Source: Balanoglossus misakiensis (taxonomy: Eukaryota > Animalia > Hemichordata). Taken from it: a stretch of DNA of 64,000 bases. The notes beneath the pieces are model-generated. The model made no database searches and had not been told where the DNA came from. It was given only the letters and a program-made list of their open reading frames with translations. Of this stretch, positions 13,701 to 25,862 are shown piece after piece. The stretch's first letter is position 1. Every line of letters starts with the position of its first letter. A program made the translations under genes and the position numbers. Location: contig CM082596.2 of NCBI GenBank assembly GCA_040954595.2, positions 7,828,468 through 7,892,467 of the forward strand. Reading direction: 5' to 3'.

Positions 13701-16700
13701 GAAATGGCTCGGTACATGAAGGATATCTTTGGAGGTATAGTCATTTCATGGTTCATAAATCTGGATTCATCATCATAGGCATTTGGAAAATCATGGAATT
13801 TTAAACTATTTCTTGAAATTTTAGTTGATTTTGTTTCATGCTGTCAGAAATTGCTGTCTGTAATTTTAGTATCACAACTGTTTTTGCATTTCAACACTGT
13901 TTAAAATTATGTATCGAAAATAACATTTTAAAAGCAAACCTGCTTCTCAAATTTGTATATACTTTAGATAAGTTGTATACAACCCCTGTGACATCAGATA
14001 TGAAGGCTTTGCCGTCGCCAGAAAAACTCAAAGGAAAGATACTTGTTAAGGTAGGTTCCACCCCTTTGTGAGGAATAGTTGAGTCTTTTTTTCACCATTT
14101 ATTCTATAAAGGGATGCAGCAATAATGTAGTTGTGAAATAATACGTGGATACACAGTAGTTCATCAAGGGAGGCAGGATTGCAAATGGTGTTATGCATAT
14201 TTCTGTGTTTTGTTATGTCTGTCTGTTTGTTTCAGTGTTTGTTTGTTTGTCTGTATGTTTGTTTGTTTGTTTTTATTTATTTGTTTATTTGTTACGGATG
14301 AATGATTAGTTTTATATAGAACGAATAAGTTAGGATCTGTTTGTATAAATTTATTTTTCAATAAAAAGTAATAATATTTGTTTCTTTATTTATTTATTTA
14401 TCTGTTTTTATTAGTTTGAAGTTATCCATATTAAAATAATACTTGAAGTTTCTGATACAATCCCCAAATGCAGTAAACCAAACCCTTCATTTGCTGTATG
14501 GAGTAAGCACTGCTGTGTCCTCAAACCTCAAACCTCATATTGCAATGTCCAGAAAAGAAAGAAAGAATATGGCTGTGTATTTGCATATATATAATTATGT
14601 GCACATTGTTTATGCATGATATCATGTGTTAGCTAGTTTTGTCTCGCCTTCGTTTCCCTAGCATGACTGTGTTGTTATTTTTCCTTTTACATGTAGTGTG
14701 GTGGTTTTGACAGGCCCCGGGTAGGTGTTTAACCCCGTACTACCAGATCGCAACTCACAAACAAAAATCCTTCATGACCATTGCATGGATCCACTGGGAT
14801 CAGTAACACAACCGTGTGATCATTATCACTCTGCGTTGCATTAATAACTATGCCATGTAATTCATTCACTCACCTGATTGCAATTACAAACATTCACAAT
14901 TCATAATTTCCGTCAGATTTTTCATGAGTTGTAAATATATCACTGTACACCACAGGAGAGAGTCAGACTACTTCATGACTATGAAAGATATACACAAATT
15001 TAAGCTGCTTTCTTGTCCAGTCATAACAATGCAAAGGTCATATGGTACAACCAGATGGTTCTTCCAAAATTCATCCAAAAAAGGAGACAGAAATGACCCA
15101 ACGCAGAAGAAAACTTCAGAATGATGTAATAGGTCATCCATCCTCATCTTGTTCACCAAGATGTAATCAATCGCCCGTAATTCACCACCCTGCACATCCA
15201 GAACTCAATTTGTCATGCTCATAAAACAAATAGTCACCACCCTTAATGTCCTAAAAATGTCATTCACACCCACCAACAAACCATGGACGTTGCAAGATGT
15301 CAACCCTTTCACCACCATGGACTGGTCCAAATCCATACTTTTCTATGGTAAAGTTGGACCTCCTAAGAGGGAATGGGGGTGGTGGTGGTAGTGAAAGGGT
15401 TAACCATTACTCATTTTGTGTTTCTTTAATCAATAATATATAGTACAAAATGTTCATCTCACATCAAGCAGGACCTCATGTTGTTGTTACTGCTGCTATA
15501 TACCAAATATTGTGTGTAACTATGCTAAGTTGGTGCACTGAGCTACATGTAGCTCAAGATTTCGGTGCTTGCTCTGATGTGTGTGGCGTTCGGCAGTAAT
15601 GTGAATTCATGTTCATACTTTTCATACATAGAACTCATTGCTTGTTTTAGACAAAGGTGTGATCAACTGCTGACAGTCTACAGCTGACAGTTGATATATT
15701 TAGAGCTTATAAATTTATGCTGTTATTGTTACTTGTATAAAAATAAAAAATATTGAGTGTGTCAATTTTATCCAATGCTAATAAAAAAAATTCTGTTCAT
15801 GCTAGTTTGTTTTATCCTGAACATTATTACCTTTTCACCACCATGGTTTGGTCCATGCGATTGCCCTCAATGGTAGTACTGGACCTCTATACAGGAAAAC
15901 AGGGGTGACAGGTTGAAATAAACTATGTTTTTTTTAAAACTGTGTGCCTCTACAGGGGAAGAAGCTGAAAGCAGACAGTGCTGATGATGATGACGTTAGT
16001 GATGAAGACGAGGCAGCCGATCTGGAGGAAATCAAGAAAGAGTCTAGCAAGAAGGTCAGTTTTTGCATACAGTGATTGTGAAGCAAGTTCATCTACAATG
16101 TATGTGTGACTCTGGCAAAAAAAAGTCAGGAATGCAAACACACGATGTTAGTGGTGCTGAATGGCACTCAGTGGTGAGATTTACAAGGTATTACATGTAC
16201 ATGACCTCAAGGTTTAATAAAGTTGTGTGTTAATAACTTTATTTGGCAGAAAGAGAAACAAAAACTGGATAAGAACTTGTCGGATTTGGTCGTCCTGTGC
16301 AAGAGTGTGGGCTTCAAAAGTTTCCAACATTCAAAATCTAACTGTAAGTATACATGTACAAATGTACAGCCTAATTTGATGTCTGATTGTGAAAATTTTG
16401 CCATGTATCCAGGAGGGGTCTAAGCACACACAGTTACCAGAGAACTGGTAAAATTGTTACAAAACTATCGTAAATGAATTGACACCCAGCCAGAATTGGA
16501 TGTTCTGGTCATTTAGTACATTAGCAAGACACGTGTACTTGATCAAAGCATTTTGCCTGTATTGGGTACTCCATGTACTATACAATACAGAAAGTTATTG
16601 TACAATTGAATGCCCTGGATTGTGGCATTAGTTGCATAACATGCAGTCAAACCTGAGTTAGTGGCCACCTCTATATAGTGGCCATATCTATATAGTGTCC

Positions 16701-19697
16701 ACTTTGTTACAGTCCCTGTGTAATTTACATGTACACTTATAGACTGACAATAAAGGCTACCTGTCTATGAAGGCCAGTTTAGGCATAGATACAGTAGTAG
16801 AGGGTCTATGGTTTAGAAAAGTCTGGCCACTATATACAGGTTCTACTCTATCTTATTTCATGTTTCCTTTTCCTCTGTAGATAAGTTTTATGAAATGTCG
16901 TCATTTGGGGAAGGCAAGGCCAATGAGTTGTCCAAGGAGAAAGCCAAGGAATACATAGACCACAACAAGTGGCAGCTGAGTCGCACATACCCTGGTGGCA
17001 TGAGAACCAATTCCAGTAATTACAACCCTGTGCCGTTTTGGAATGCTGGCTGTCAAATCGGTGAGTTTATCCTTTATTGTGGCACCCATCATAGTCTCCC
17101 GTCAGAGCTCAAGCAAACTGATAATTTAGCTCTCAAAAGATGTCATTATCAGATTTTTCTCTCGTTCACACACTCTTTTGGGTATCGATGAGGCAAAGTT
17201 TAATGTGAGTGAAAGTTGTTTCAGAAGTTGCACTCAGAATTATAGTCAGAAATCAGTTTCAACCTAGTTGTCTCCAGTAGTATGGTTGAGTCCATTTTTG
17301 GGGAATAGGGATGAAGGGGTATGCCTTGCAGTGCAGGGAGAGCTTATGTCTTTTGTTTTAATTTTTAGTTGCACTAAATTACCAGACAGCAGGTGATGAG
17401 ATGGACGTATACCTTGGTAGATTTAAAGAAAATGGTAACTGTGGGTATGTGCTCAAGCCAGCTTTCATGAGGAAAGGTTAGTACATCATGTGTATGTATA
17501 AAATGTCCTCCTGTGTGGACAACATTATGGTCTTCTAACATTACAGTCAAAGATAGAGGGACAAAGTTGCTCTCTGTTGACATTATTTTGCTTATTTTAG
17601 TTTATTTAGATATCTTGTCTGTTCTGTATTCATGTTCTGTGTATCAACTACACTTTCTTGTTCTACTTTACATTCATTGCACAAAATAATTTAGTCTGTA
17701 AAACATTGAGTGTGAAGGCACATGGCCAGCTACATTGTATGCACATTTTGCCATAGTTACTATGGCAAGTTGAGATCTAGCCAATAACAAATTTTGTTTA
17801 AATGTTCTTTAAAATACTCGGACACACCTTTTTGAACCATATACATGTATGGCATATGTATATTAGAGTTATTGTATACTGCAATATTAGTGCATTTTTT
17901 CCCTCACAATTATGACTTGTGGTCTTGTTCACACACAGAAAGTGCAAGTTTTGATCCAGAGAAACCTGAGCTGAAGATCAAGCAGAAACTGACAGTCACG
18001 GTTAGTGTCACATATATCCTAACCACTTGAGTGCATCATTGTCTGTTTTTGTACTGATAAGATGAAACACACAAACAGGATCTCAGCCCATACATTCAGT
18101 CTTGATGATCTTCTATGTTCAAGAGATTGTGGTGGTAGTGATATTTGAACCTCACCAAAGTTCTCTGATCATCAAAGTGGAATACATTATCCCTCTTAAC
18201 CCTTTCACCCCCTTTTCCCTGTGTAGATGCCCATCTTTACCATAGACGTCAATGTGTTTGGACCAAACCATGGTGGTTAGTGGGTTAAAAGAATGCAATT
18301 TCTCTGTTAACCCCATCACCACTATTTCTCTGAACATGGATGGGCCGTTCTATTGAAAGCGAGAGTGTTGATCTCAAAATGTAATGTGGTAGGGTAAACC
18401 CAGAAGTGTGTTCTTTACTATCCTTGCGGAAGTTTTACCTCAATTCCAAACTTCCAACTTTCTCTTTCAGATCATAAGTGGGCAGCAACTACCCAAGCCG
18501 GCCGGCAGCAAGGAAATCATTGATCCTTACGTCAAAGTATCTGTGTATGGTGTTTCTGCAGACTGTAAAGATGCTAAAACTAGAATTATCGATGACAACG
18601 GTTAGTGTCTGTAACAACTGTAAAAAATGCCAGAAAATGTTGCAGTGTTGTACAAAACCTGTCTAAACCAAACTTTGTCTTATCTGGAAACTTGCCTATA
18701 CCGAACACCCTTTACAGTTCTCTTCGCATACAACCACATGTCAACAGAATCCCTATAAACCTGACACCTATGAAAAACAAAACAAAATCTCAGTCACCTA
18801 TTCAGTTCTTTCTGCATACTAGAGTAAAGTAGAACACTGTAGAACCTTGGTGACCCAGACTCTTGTGAAAAGTGAACAATTTTCTCAGTCAGTTTGGTGT
18901 CCGGGTTTAGATAGGTTTACTCTATGGTTACCAAGAACTTCACCAATTACATGTACAAGCATAACCAACCACCTGTTGATTGCAGGTTTCGATCCCAAAT
19001 GGAACGAGGTGAAAGAGTTTGACATCAGAGTACCAGAGTTGGCAATTGTCAGGTTCATGGTCAGAGACTATGACAAGACCAGTGCCAATGACTTCATTGG
19101 ACAGTACTGTATACCATTAACCAGTATGCAACAAGGTGCTGTAAAAATTATTATTATTTATGTACATGTATGTCTATATGCTGTTGTTTATGTTGCTTTT
19201 GTTAATATATGTACATGTATGATGTGGTAGCTGTTGAAATGGTTTGCCTTTGCCCACAAGAGAATGAGTGTATGTGTGTGTGTTAATTTATGTATTGTAT
19301 GTACATACTTAGGTGTGTACACATGCTTGTGACATTTAACTGCATTTATGAAATGCTGTGTGCATTGTGTGTGTATGTTTGTGTGTGTGTGTGTGTGTGT
19401 GTGCTGTACTAGCATATATATTTCTGCAGGAAAACAGGCACACTTAGACAAGCCTTCATCTCACGGCAGTTCTGCATTGCCAGGGTACATCCCTCATCCA
19501 TCCACATCCATCCACATCCCTCATACGGAATACCTACTCCAAATATTAATTTAAAAGTAAACAGACATGAACTCTCTCTTTATTTGAATTCTGTTGCAGG
19601 GTTCCACCATGTGCCCCTACTGTCCAAGTCTGGTGATAGTCTCGGTCCAGCCACCCTCTACGTGAATATCAGTATAACAGAACCAAGAAAGAAGTGA
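201..19697 (+). CDS. PLC-A: phosphoinositide phospholipase C delta-type (PH, EF-hand, X, Y, C2), 5'-partial, about 737 codons in window
   Basis: Phase-consistent exons: 201-347, 5531-5762, 7328-7457, 7929-8056, 8430-8496, 10791-10884, 11463-11580, 12675-12760, 13276-13396, 13649-13734, 13968-14050, 15956-16054, 16250-16343, 16881-17060, 17369-17476, 17939-18000, 18471-18600, 18986-19135, 19600-19697 (TGA). Motifs: [18 protein letters not shown]; EF-hand [13 protein letters not shown]; X-box [57 protein letters not shown]; Y-box [25 protein letters not shown]; C2 [15 protein letters not shown]. The protein ends right after C2, as in the delta class. Confidence 0.95.
391..567. mobile_element. 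Kolobok-like MITE family A
   Basis: TTAA on both sides; TIR AGGTATACAGTCACCT / AGGTGACTGTATACCT; other copies at 32904-33090 and 10982-11171, and a decayed one near 17720-17880. Confidence 0.75.
2241..2429. mobile_element. TA-flanked MITE with CTGTAAAACGGG TIRs
   Basis: Perfect 23-bp TIR CTGTAAAACGGGAAATTTTCACG with TA on both sides; second copy at 38252-38445. Confidence 0.8.
5783..6017. repeat. Compound tetranucleotide microsatellite (AAAC, TCTG, TCTA)
   Basis: Direct reading; the pure (TCTA)n core is about 5926-6017. Confidence 0.9.
6613..6841. mobile_element. Kolobok-like MITE family C
   Basis: TIR GAAGGGGTCATCGCGCCGCG / CGCGGCGCGACGACCCCTTC, right TTAA; close second copy at 63041-63255. 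Confidence 0.7.
7534..7755. repeat. (GAT/GGT)n trinucleotide microsatellite
   Basis: Direct reading; explains the poly-Met and poly-Ile ORFs. Confidence 0.95.
8857..8996. repeat. Tandem duplication, 2 x 70 bp
   Basis: AATAGTCAAAATC(A/G)CAAAGTCTTTATTGCATTTTTAAGGGGGG starts at 8861 and 8931. Confidence 0.9.
10982..11171. mobile_element. Kolobok-like MITE family A, diverged copy
   Basis: TTAA-AGGTACACTGTCACC ... GGGGATTGTATACCT-TTAA. Confidence 0.6.
12414..12577. mobile_element. Tc1-like MITE with CAGTG-type ends and internal TGACTCA repeats
   Basis: Ends (T)AGTGTGCCCTC / GAGGGTGCACTG; second copy at 49539-49671 shares CCACTGACTCAACAAACTCAC. Confidence 0.55.
12812..12994. repeat. AT-rich inverted repeat (hairpin)
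   Basis: ATAGATAGCATAGTAATTGAATGATTGATTT pairs with AATCAATCATTCAATTACTATGTTATCTAT. Confidence 0.75.
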
Positions 19698-20407
19698 ACA
19701 TGAGATTCGCTGCAAGTAATCAAACAAAAAAACTAATGATGAGGATTTTATTACAAAGTATAAATCTGTATATTACGTGATTTTTAACATTTTACATTCT
19801 AAACTGATATGTATATTGTGAATTTTTTAACTCTGGCAAATGAGAAAGAAGATATTTTAGTAACAACCTAAGGAGCATAGTGTTTTAACCTCAGCTTGGG
19901 GAGCATTGTGTTTCTGGTATTATAAATTATAAAAGTATCTTTTTTAGTGAGCAATTTTTTTTTATCTGTGAGTTAGAGGCTGATGCTTTTGTTTTAGAAC
20001 ATCCTGTTGAGAAAGATGAGTTTTATTGACAATACCGGGGAAGGTTCTGTTGTATTGACAGGTCAGGCTGGATTCAAGTTGTATTTTATCGAAAACTTTT
20101 AAGGGGCAAGATGTGTTTTATTGACGGAATACAAAACGTAAGTGATGTTTTATGGACAACTTTGGAACCAGCTGAATATTGTGTTTCTGTTGATAGTTTG
20201 GGACCTAAGTTGCATTTTACTGCCAGATACCTACCCTTTTCAAGAGTGATAACATTTTTAGCTTATTTTAATATATAAGTTCAGTAATATATATTCTCAG
20301 TATCTTTGAGAAATCTTTTTATTTATGCAGAGAATAGATTAGTTTTCTTTCAAAGTGTAATCCAAATAATAAGTAAAGGAAATATGTGTATAATAGATAA
20401 ATTTCCA

Positions 20408-20505
20408 CCATGATAAACATGGACCATTCCATTATGCAAATCAGTAAGGGTGTGATCCCATGATAAAAATGGATCATCCATTATGCAAATCTGTAAGAGT
20501 GTGAA
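20408..20505. repeat. Tandem duplication, 2 x about 50 bp
   Basis: CCATGATAAA(C/A)ATGGA ... CCATTATGCAAATC(A/T)GTAAG(G/A)GTGTGA occurs twice. Confidence 0.8.
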
Positions 20506-22924
20506 CTTGTATGCAATACAAAAGATGCAAAACTGTTACCTTTCTAGATGCTCACGTTTTTTAATTAACAAGAAAAAAAATTAATCCAGTGGTTTAGTTT
20601 GAGAGAATACAAATCCATCAAGCAAACACTATGCAGCCATTTAAAAATGGATTGAAGAGCATAATGACATTTACAATATAATATTGTCCGAGGCTAAATA
20701 GGTTGTAATGTTCATGTATTCTGAAATTTCTTTATGGCTAATATGCAGATATTAAGTTTGTTATTTGACAGCTGCAGGCTATATACAGTGGACCACTCAT
20801 TATTGTAAATGCTTGGACAAGGCCTTATTAGATTGGATTATTGATTATTATGATAAGTAATAACAAAGGACATCATAATTCATCAATTGGAAGTTCGTTA
20901 GACTAATTGCTTGGGTGGTGGAATGATCAAAATATACATGCGCTAAATATTACACTGAGTGTCTTCAAAAGTTATGATATCAAATTAAACAACCAGAGGT
21001 TTGTCAGTGCAACATTCTGGTTTTCATGAATATGAGAGATTCGCACAATTGGTAGTATTTTGTTTCAGAAGTAATGAAAAAGTCATTCTTTTGTGATTAG
21101 AAGTCAGGTGTGACAACAAAGTGAAATGCTTTGTAGTCATTAAGATAATTGGTCTGAGAGTTTTCATGCAAAGTGTGACAATTTGTCCTTTACACAACAT
21201 ATCACTGATCTTCCTAGCACGTTCTTCCATCAACTGTGGACACTCTATCCTTGTAGGTCTGCAAAGAAAATATGAAATCCAGTTGTATATGAATTTTTAA
21301 ATGATGGCTGTTACCACGTTGATAGACTGTACATATTTTTGTCAGGTTGTTATGGAAATTAATACATGTCAGTGGTCATATCCATAGCAACAGGTCTCTT
21401 ACCTGCAAAGCTGGATGAGGTATAGTGTGTTTGTCATAGAAAAATTATTAAATCGTTATTTTAATTTCTGACATGTAGAAATTGATTAGATTTTTGCTTT
21501 GTGGGAAATTTAAGGAAAATGTTTTCGATAAATCTGAAAAACTTTTATCATGATTTTTGAAATGGTACGATATTTTCTGAATTGTATACAAGTCTAATTT
21601 GTAAATAATTTTTACTTGATATGTTGAATATATATGGGCGACAAATTAAGGTATATATTTTACAATGAATTGTTTTATCAATTGTATTGACAATCACTTC
21701 CAGAGTTAGTGTTTAATGTGTTAATCAGAAATGGTGTAATTTTAATCGCGCATTTTTAGAAAAAAAATGAATTGTTTAAAAGCAGTTAACCTTGCTTGTC
21801 ATATGCAGGTTTTTACTCACTCATGTCTTTCATGTTGAACCACGTAGATTTATGCTTTTGTCATTTCAAGTCATTTTCAAGTGATGCATTGGTATTTGAA
21901 TGTTACAAAAAGTTGTGTTTTTACTACATGTATTAGAATGAGCTCTAACATTGATTCTGTATTTTATGCGTGATTTTCTTGGTACCCACCAAGTTCTTTT
22001 TCATTCTGAATCTTTTGTCGAGTTTGGCAGCTAGTTGTTAGCATGCAACGTTTTTGTGTGTTTGTGTTATAAACGCAGTTTGATGTTCAAGTAGAACAAA
22101 ATTGACGGAAAGACAAATTATGTGAAAAGTGACCAACTTTGTCCCTTTTAACCAATCTCCTACTCATTATTGTCCAGTACTAGTATAGATTCATCAATCT
22201 ATGATATAAACGTCCATTGTTGTTTCTCGTAGTTAAAATATTAAATATTTTTTTCTTCTTCCAATCATTAGAACATAGAGACAACTGCTACATTGTATGT
22301 TGTTTACTTTTGCAAACGTTGCGCTTTGGGTCAAAGGTCAAAGTGACAAATTAAGAGTCTGTCGTATTCAGGGGCAATTTCAAAGTCTGCCAATTTCTAT
22401 TTACTTTGACATTTTTCATTCCAAATCTATATTTTCTTACATAATGACTATATTATCCATTTATATCTTTGTTATACCTGTATCTTTTTTCCTATTTCAT
22501 CGTTTATCTGTACAGACCCCAGAGTTTCCACCAAGGAATGAAGATTTTATTATCTTAGGATAAGGGTTAGGTACATCTTCCAGTGCCTCAACACTTTTAT
22601 TTAATGCTTTACAACTGAGGTTTTTACATCAGATTGTTTATATTTTCTTACTACCATGTATTAAAATGTAGCAGGTGTTCCACACAAGTGTGCCTGTACA
22701 GTTTGATTAAAGTTGCAATGTATCTGTCCAGAAAGTACAGAATTCCATGAGCTAGTTCTCCAATAAAATATTTAACATCTCAAACTTCTTTTGTAGTATG
22801 TGAGGTTTTTCATTTGGCATTTTGAAAAGCAACAGTAATATATGTATGGGGCAGAAATGTAGCTAAGGTTGGAAAAGATTGGTAAATAATTTGGGAGCCC
22901 TGATAACAATCCTGCTAGGCCATA

Positions 22925-23140
22925 AAACAAAAAGTTTATATAGCACCAAAATCCCAAACAAGAAATTTTGCTCAATGACGCTCATGTTGAAACCACACTG
23001 TACACTTTTTTGAACATATGAGTTTTAAGTTTTCTTTTGAAAGTTTCCAGGTTTATAGATTCCTTGATGCCAAGAGGTAGTGTGTTCCACAGTTTAGGGG
23101 CTGCATAAGAGAAAGCATGGCCGCCAGTAAAACTGTGTTG
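22925..23140 (-). mobile_element. L2/CR1-group LINE 3' fragment
   Basis: Minus-strand translation GGHAFSYAAPKLWNTLPLGIKESINLETFKRKLKTHMF matches the typical L2 ORF2 C-terminus, followed by an L2-like 3' end (GCGTCATTGAG ... GTGCTATATAAA). Confidence 0.8.
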
Positions 23141-24876
23141 ATATACCAACAGGAACAGTGAAGTGTTAAAAAGTTGACAGAATTATTGAATTATGATGTT
23201 GAAAATCATTGGCACAAAACCATGTATTCAATATTGCTTGATAGTCTGAAGTTTTAAAATAGTTTTTCAGGTAGATGTCCTTTATAATACAAATATGACA
23301 ATTTATTTATCTCTCTGTTTTTCTCGTTTTTCCTTCCCGAAAAGTGACTGCCACTGTGCTTGCTGGCTGGTGTTTTACATAAACGGCTCACCCTCACCCA
23401 CGCCCTCAACGACCGAGCTGAACATGGAGAGCGGGGATGAGAGCGGGGTGTTCAAAATTGCTGAATATGTATCGTCGCCGACTGCTGGTCTCTTTCCGCC
23501 CACTGCTGCTGCATGCGAACATTTTTGGGCCTAGAATTGTGGAGCGGAAGTGAATACTGCTTCGCGAAAGAGGTAAGTTCAAAGTTGGCAAGAAATGTTC
23601 GTTTCTTTCATGATGTAGCATATGTGATGAAGTTTACACGTGCAGTACAAATGTACTACAGGCTACACGTGTTTGTTTTGTTTATTACGCATTTTTGACT
23701 GGATACGTGGAAGGTAAGACGAAATTCATGGACACAGATATGGGTTTCAAAGTTGTGGGCTAAATACATACAATATTATCGCTGAACCTTTGTTAAAACT
23801 TGTGAAATGTGCGGTCGGTCGGTCGGTCCGTGACCTTAAAAGAGACACGCCCACCACGTGCACTGGAGAGGGGGGGGGGGGGTCCGTCACTGCACCGACC
23901 GCTGCGTTACAACAGCTACAAACCGTAATGAAATCCACCTCTGTATAAATCCCTTATGACTCGGCCGCCTACACAGGCACATGTTTGACCGGATAATTTC
24001 TTAATTTGGCGAAAAAAATCTAAGAGCAATATCGAAAGCTACCCTTTGCATCAGAGCGCCCTCGCGAATATAACCGACTGTCACACTTTATTCTTTCGTT
24101 TGTTAGTGGATAAAAAGAAATGCCTACTGTTCTTTTACCTTGATTCAGTAAATTAAAACTTACCATTATTTATACCAGAAAATCTGTCCAACCCATGAAT
24201 TTGTCTTGAAAATAAGTGTCCTGATTAGAGAGGTGTTTAATTGTGATTGTGTATGCTGATTAATTGTGGTATGCGTTGCCAAGAGATGACAACCTGATGC
24301 AAATACATAGGGATGATTTTAGAGTATAGGGAGAAGATTGGAGTATTTTATAATTAGCAGCTCAGGGGCTTTTAATAAAAAGACATTTGTTATGCACAGT
24401 CGGACCTAGTTGTTCGCCTTTTGTTCCCAACAAATAGTTCCGTGCTCAGACACCGTTTATAGATCTATAAAAATGCTTTTAATAGTCATCATTGTCTGCT
24501 GCACTCACTTGAATTGATTCGCAAAGTGAAAGACAAAAATAGCAAAACCTCTCCACTATAAAAAGAATGATTATTTCAGGACAAATGCACTCATACACGT
24601 AACTGTCAGAACACCATATGTTGGAATTAGATCTTTAATGTGAATTTTAATGTAATAGTACAATGATTGGCAGTGCTCAGGCTAATATGATCATTCTGCA
24701 ATGCAAAGCTGTATCTGGTGGAGCCAAGACACTGAGCAGGACAGGCCTACCCTGAACATAGTGTGGTCAATTTTGTGACCCAGTGACCCCTGCCCTGGCT
24801 CATTTGTCCCCGAGTGCACCTCAACTTAAATAGGCAGTGGTCATCAGGGGGATGTGATATAGAGCCAGCGTGTTAA

Positions 24877-25862
24877 GGTAGTTGGAAAGGCTATTTTTGA
24901 AGCAAATTCTCTCAATGTTTGTGAATTTATTTTCACAAGTTAGAATAAAGATAATGACTTGAAATTTGCAGCATGTATTCTTAACAAACTCAAAAGTGAG
25001 GGAAAAATATGACTGTAAAAATATCTGCTAAAATTATGAAATTTGATACGCCTAAATATAAATATTCATAATTTTACAAAATATTGATTGAATCTTGACA
25101 TGTTTTCACAAATTATTGAATAATTTGTATTCATTTTAATATGAAGCAACCCCTCCAGCAATGTACGGGACACTTTCAGCATAAACTTATTTTTTTCAAA
25201 GTTATCACTCAGGAAAACACAGTTTTTGTTGATATTTTGTATACAACTTTAACGTGCTGCCAAAACACAACGGGAAAACTTATGAAAAAACTGTCCCGTA
25301 AAATTGTTCTTTGGGATGTCCCGAGCCTTTCCTGAAAGTTTCATGATAAAAAAATTATCTGGCATACCAATTCAATCACAAATAAAAACCATTACATTAT
25401 GGCGAAGGGCAGAAAAGTAGCGAAATACGCAAAGTTTAGCGGCAGTTCACGGCGAAGGATTGCATTTATCTGGGTCAAACGCTTTTCCGCTGGCTTTTCG
25501 GGTTCCCTAGAAATGCAAAAATGTCCATAATTTGGCAGCCTTTAATAAACAAGCAAGGTTATCTATCGTTGAAAATTGCAAGAATCAGTGTTTGCAAGTT
25601 ACATTTAAATGCCCTTGGCTAGGGGAACCCGTCCTTGTGCGCATAGCCTAGGAGAAGTCTTCCCCTAGAGGGCGCTCAAATAAGGCTCCCTAGCTTCCTT
25701 GCCAGATGTATGAAATTAGGTATAATAAAACCAGCCATATCTTGTTACACGTTTATTGCCCCGAATTTTTCATGAGTTTAATTTTTCTCTAATACATTTC
25801 TAGATATAAATTCAGTGTTTTTAAATGAAATTTTAACTGACGCCCTAGCCTTTCCAACTACC
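24877..25862. mobile_element. Non-autonomous Kolobok-like DNA transposon, about 986 bp
   Basis: Perfect 17-bp TIR GGTAGTTGGAAAGGCTA / TAGCCTTTCCAACTACC with TTAA at 24873-24876 and 25863-25866; no long ORF. Confidence 0.8.

Noticed and set aside
14956-15224. Possible extra exon or short ORFs in the PLC-A linker intron
   Set aside because: The in-phase reading stops after 15 codons and no good donor was seen.
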